From a virus (lineage: Duplodnaviria; Caudoviricetes): DNA of 64,000 nt. Location of the stretch: positions 1-64,000 of IMG/VR virus record IMGVR_UViG_651703056_000001; one strand, written 5' to 3'. Position numbers and translations under genes: made by a program. Below are positions 61,746-64,000 of this stretch, one piece after another. Each line of letters begins with the position of its first letter. Within the stretch, counting starts at the first letter, position 1. The notes beneath the pieces were generated by a model. It worked only from the letters and a program-made list of their open reading frames with translations. It searched no databases and was not told the origin of the DNA.

Positions 61746-62474
61746 ATGCGTGGAAAAAGATTAACAACAGAGGAAGTAAAGGAAAGAATTGAATACTTAA
61801 CAGGCAATGAGTACTTGTTACTTGGAAATTATGTTAATGCACATACTAAAATATTAATTAAACACAATCTCTGTAGAAATACCTATGAGGTAAAATGGGG
61901 TAGTTTTCAACAAGGAACAAGATGTCCAAGATGTTTTGGCAGTGAGAAATTAAACAATAAAGAAATTGATAAGAGAATATTTGAATTAACAAAAAATGAA
62001 TATATTAGGATTGGGGATTATAAAGGTACACATACTAAAATACAAGTCAAACATAGTCTCTGCGGAACAAAATATGAGGTAACATGGAGTAGTTTTCAAA
62101 GTGGTAGAAGGTGTCCAAGATGCAACGAATCTAAAGGAGAAAAAGAAATCTCAGATATCTTAAACTCTTTAGGTATTAAATACATTTCTCAAAAAAGATT
62201 TAAAAAATGTAAATATAAAAAGACTTTACCTTTTGACTTTTATGTTCATGACAAAAAATCTAAGCTCCTTATTGAGTTTGATGGAGAACAACATTTTAAA
62301 TCTGTAGAATATTTTGGCGGAGAGAAAGCTTTTCGAGATACTCAACTCAGAGACCAAATCAAAAACGATTTTGCACTGTCAAATAACATTCCTTTATTAA
62401 GAATCCCTTACACAGAACAAGACAATATCGAACAAATCATAACAAATAAACTAAAAGAATTAAATTTTATTTAA
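61746..62474 (+). CDS. Putative free-standing homing endonuclease (Zn-ribbon repeats plus PD-(D/E)XK/Vsr-like domain)
   Basis: Two H..C...RCPRC repeats; 'SKGE..I...L', 'LPFDFY...IEFDGEQH...RD..KN......LLRIPY'. Confidence 0.8.
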   Translation: MRGKRLTTEEVKERIEYLTGNEYLLLGNYVNAHTKILIKHNLCRNTYEVKWGSFQQGTRCPRCFGSEKLNNKEIDKRIFELTKNEYIRIGDYKGTHTKIQVKHSLCGTKYEVTWSSFQSGRRCPRCNESKGEKEISDILNSLGIKYISQKRFKKCKYKKTLPFDFYVHDKKSKLLIEFDGEQHFKSVEYFGGEKAFRDTQLRDQIKNDFALSNNIPLLRIPYTEQDNIEQIITNKLKELNFI

Positions 62475-62527
62475 CTCTTGACAAATTAAAATAAATATGT
62501 TATAATATTATATAGAAGGAGAATAAT

Positions 62528-62997
62528 ATGAATTTATTAGAACACTATATTGAGGAAATTGTTTTTGAAAAGCCTTATAAAGCTGACTGGACAAAACAAC
62601 ATAAAGAGAAATTCATAGAAGTCGAAATGATTGTAAATGTTCATGGTGGGCTATCTAGCGCACATAAAATTTTTACAGTTGACAAATGGAAAAAAGTTAA
62701 AGAAAAAGGCTTCTATATTGCGTAATTATAAAGGAGGTGTGTAAAATGACACTAGGTTCAGTAACTTTCACAATGAAAGGTTTGGTAAAATCAGAATCGG
62801 ATAATTTTGTTTTAGTTCAGCACGACAATCTATATCAAGTATTCGAGAAAGATAGTGATAATCCATTTATCGTTTACGATGATAAAACAAAGCAATTAGA
62901 CTACCTAAACAAAAATGTTTATTCTGCTGATAATCAAAATAAAGCTCGTGCTATATACGAGAAATTACAGATTATCAAAAATAACAGAACGTTTTAG
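62528..62997 (+). CDS. Two hypothetical proteins (62528..62725, 62737..62997)
   Basis: Promoter at 62478 and RBSs. Confidence 0.55.
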
Positions 62998-63060
62998 TTG
63001 ACAAAATAAGACTATTATGGTATAATAGTCTTATTGCTTTATATAGAAGGAGATATAAAA

Positions 63061-63300
63061 ATGGTTAAAGTATACAGTAAATACAATTGTAAAAATTGTA
63101 AACAAGTTAAACGCTTACTCAAATTCTCAGGAATTGATTATATTGAGATTAATGTTGAAGATGATGAAGAAGCCTTTAAATATATTAAAGAAGGACTGGG
63201 GTTCTCTAATCTTCCAGTTATCGTAGCTCAAGATGTAGAACCATTTGAGTTCAACTCTACCAAAGTAAATGAATTTGTTAAAGGCTATACACATGGATAA
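63061..63300 (+). CDS. nrdH: NrdH-like glutaredoxin
   Basis: VYSKYNCKNC, LPV; GGAG RBS before ATG 63061. Confidence 0.88.
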   Translation: MVKVYSKYNCKNCKQVKRLLKFSGIDYIEINVEDDEEAFKYIKEGLGFSNLPVIVAQDVEPFEFNSTKVNEFVKGYTHG

Positions 63301-63664
63301 TATTTTAATTGCTTATAAATCATTAGGTGGAAATTGTGATAGAGTAATTAAAAAACTGGGTATCGAAGGATTCAAGATTGATGGAGATAACATCTACGAC
63401 TTTAATGAGGATAGTAAATTTTATCTCTTGATTCCCACTTATGAGGAAGAGTGGATTGGAGATGCGTGGGATTTTATGGACGATTATCATGAGAACTGCC
63501 TAGGCATTATAGGGTCAGGAAATTTTAACTTTGGAGATGACATGTTCATATTTACAGCGAATGACATGAGTAAGAAATATGATATTCCTGTAATCTATTC
63601 CATTGAGAATTTTGGAAACAAGAAAGACATCAATAACATTAAAGAGTTATTGCAAATAAATTAA
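63293..63664 (+). CDS. nrdI: NrdI flavodoxin
   Basis: Y.SLGGN, IPTY, GIIGSGN.NFG, E.FG..D. Confidence 0.88.
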   Translation: MDNILIAYKSLGGNCDRVIKKLGIEGFKIDGDNIYDFNEDSKFYLLIPTYEEEWIGDAWDFMDDYHENCLGIIGSGNFNFGDDMFIFTANDMSKKYDIPVIYSIENFGNKKDINNIKELLQIN

Positions 63665-63677
63665 TAGGAGGTTTCAC

Positions 63678-64000
63678 TTGACAGTCACAAAGATTGAAAC
63701 AAAAGAATCAGTAACACCAGAGTATTTTATGCTCAACAACCAACTAAATATCATTAAAGATGGTAAAATTCAGTTGAACGCAGACAGAGAAGCTGTCCAT
63801 AGCTATTTCATTGATTACGTAAATCCACATACAGTCTATTTTGGAGACTTGCGTGAGAAGCTCGACTATTTAGTGAAACATAAGTATATCAAAGGCGAAG
63901 TGCTTGATAAATATACTTTCAAATTTATTAAAAAATTATTTAAAACTCTATATGATAAAAAGTTTAGATTCACAACTTTCATGGGTGCGTATAAGTTTTA
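63678..64000 (+). CDS. nrdE: Class Ib RNR alpha subunit, 5' part (runs off window)
   Basis: AGGAGG RBS, TTG start; YFMLNNQLNI..DGKIQL.ADREAV..YF...EKLDYL...KFRFTTFMGAYKF. Confidence 0.88.
   Translation, partial: MTVTKIETKESVTPEYFMLNNQLNIIKDGKIQLNADREAVHSYFIDYVNPHTVYFGDLREKLDYLVKHKYIKGEVLDKYTFKFIKKLFKTLYDKKFRFTTFMGAYKF

Overview
64 kb of the early/middle (non-virion) half of a large, AT-rich Firmicutes phage genome, most likely a large virulent Lactococcus phage of the 949 type. That assignment is inferred from lactococcal-prophage-type small ORFs, an SPbeta-like replication block and the tRNA set. Genes include a tyrosine recombinase and RecD2 helicase, a LysM protein, thymidine kinase, an amidase lysin, an SSB/AAA-ATPase/helicase/primase/RecJ block, a two-subunit type II topoisomerase, a Dam-family methylase, NDT and PnuC, nrdD/nrdG and nrdH/nrdI/nrdE. 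nrdD carries both a group I intron and an intein, and the AAA ATPase carries an Ala-start intein. A minus-strand island of small genes (14.5-17.9 kb) is flanked by non-coding DNA with 9 perfect DnaA boxes, a G/C skew inversion and a 10-copy ~27-bp repeat array. The 40-48 kb region holds 6 normal tRNAs, a CUA-anticodon tRNA and about 7 tRNA-like RNAs with destroyed anticodon arms. It is followed by a solo TnpB whose guide reads into a sigma-A promoter. The best candidate for an undescribed system is the 49.0-50.3 kb operon: a small membrane peptide, a 218-aa coiled-coil protein and a ~360-nt closed, pseudoknotted ncRNA containing a 7-nt-period repeat track. All calls were made by eye; no searches were run.
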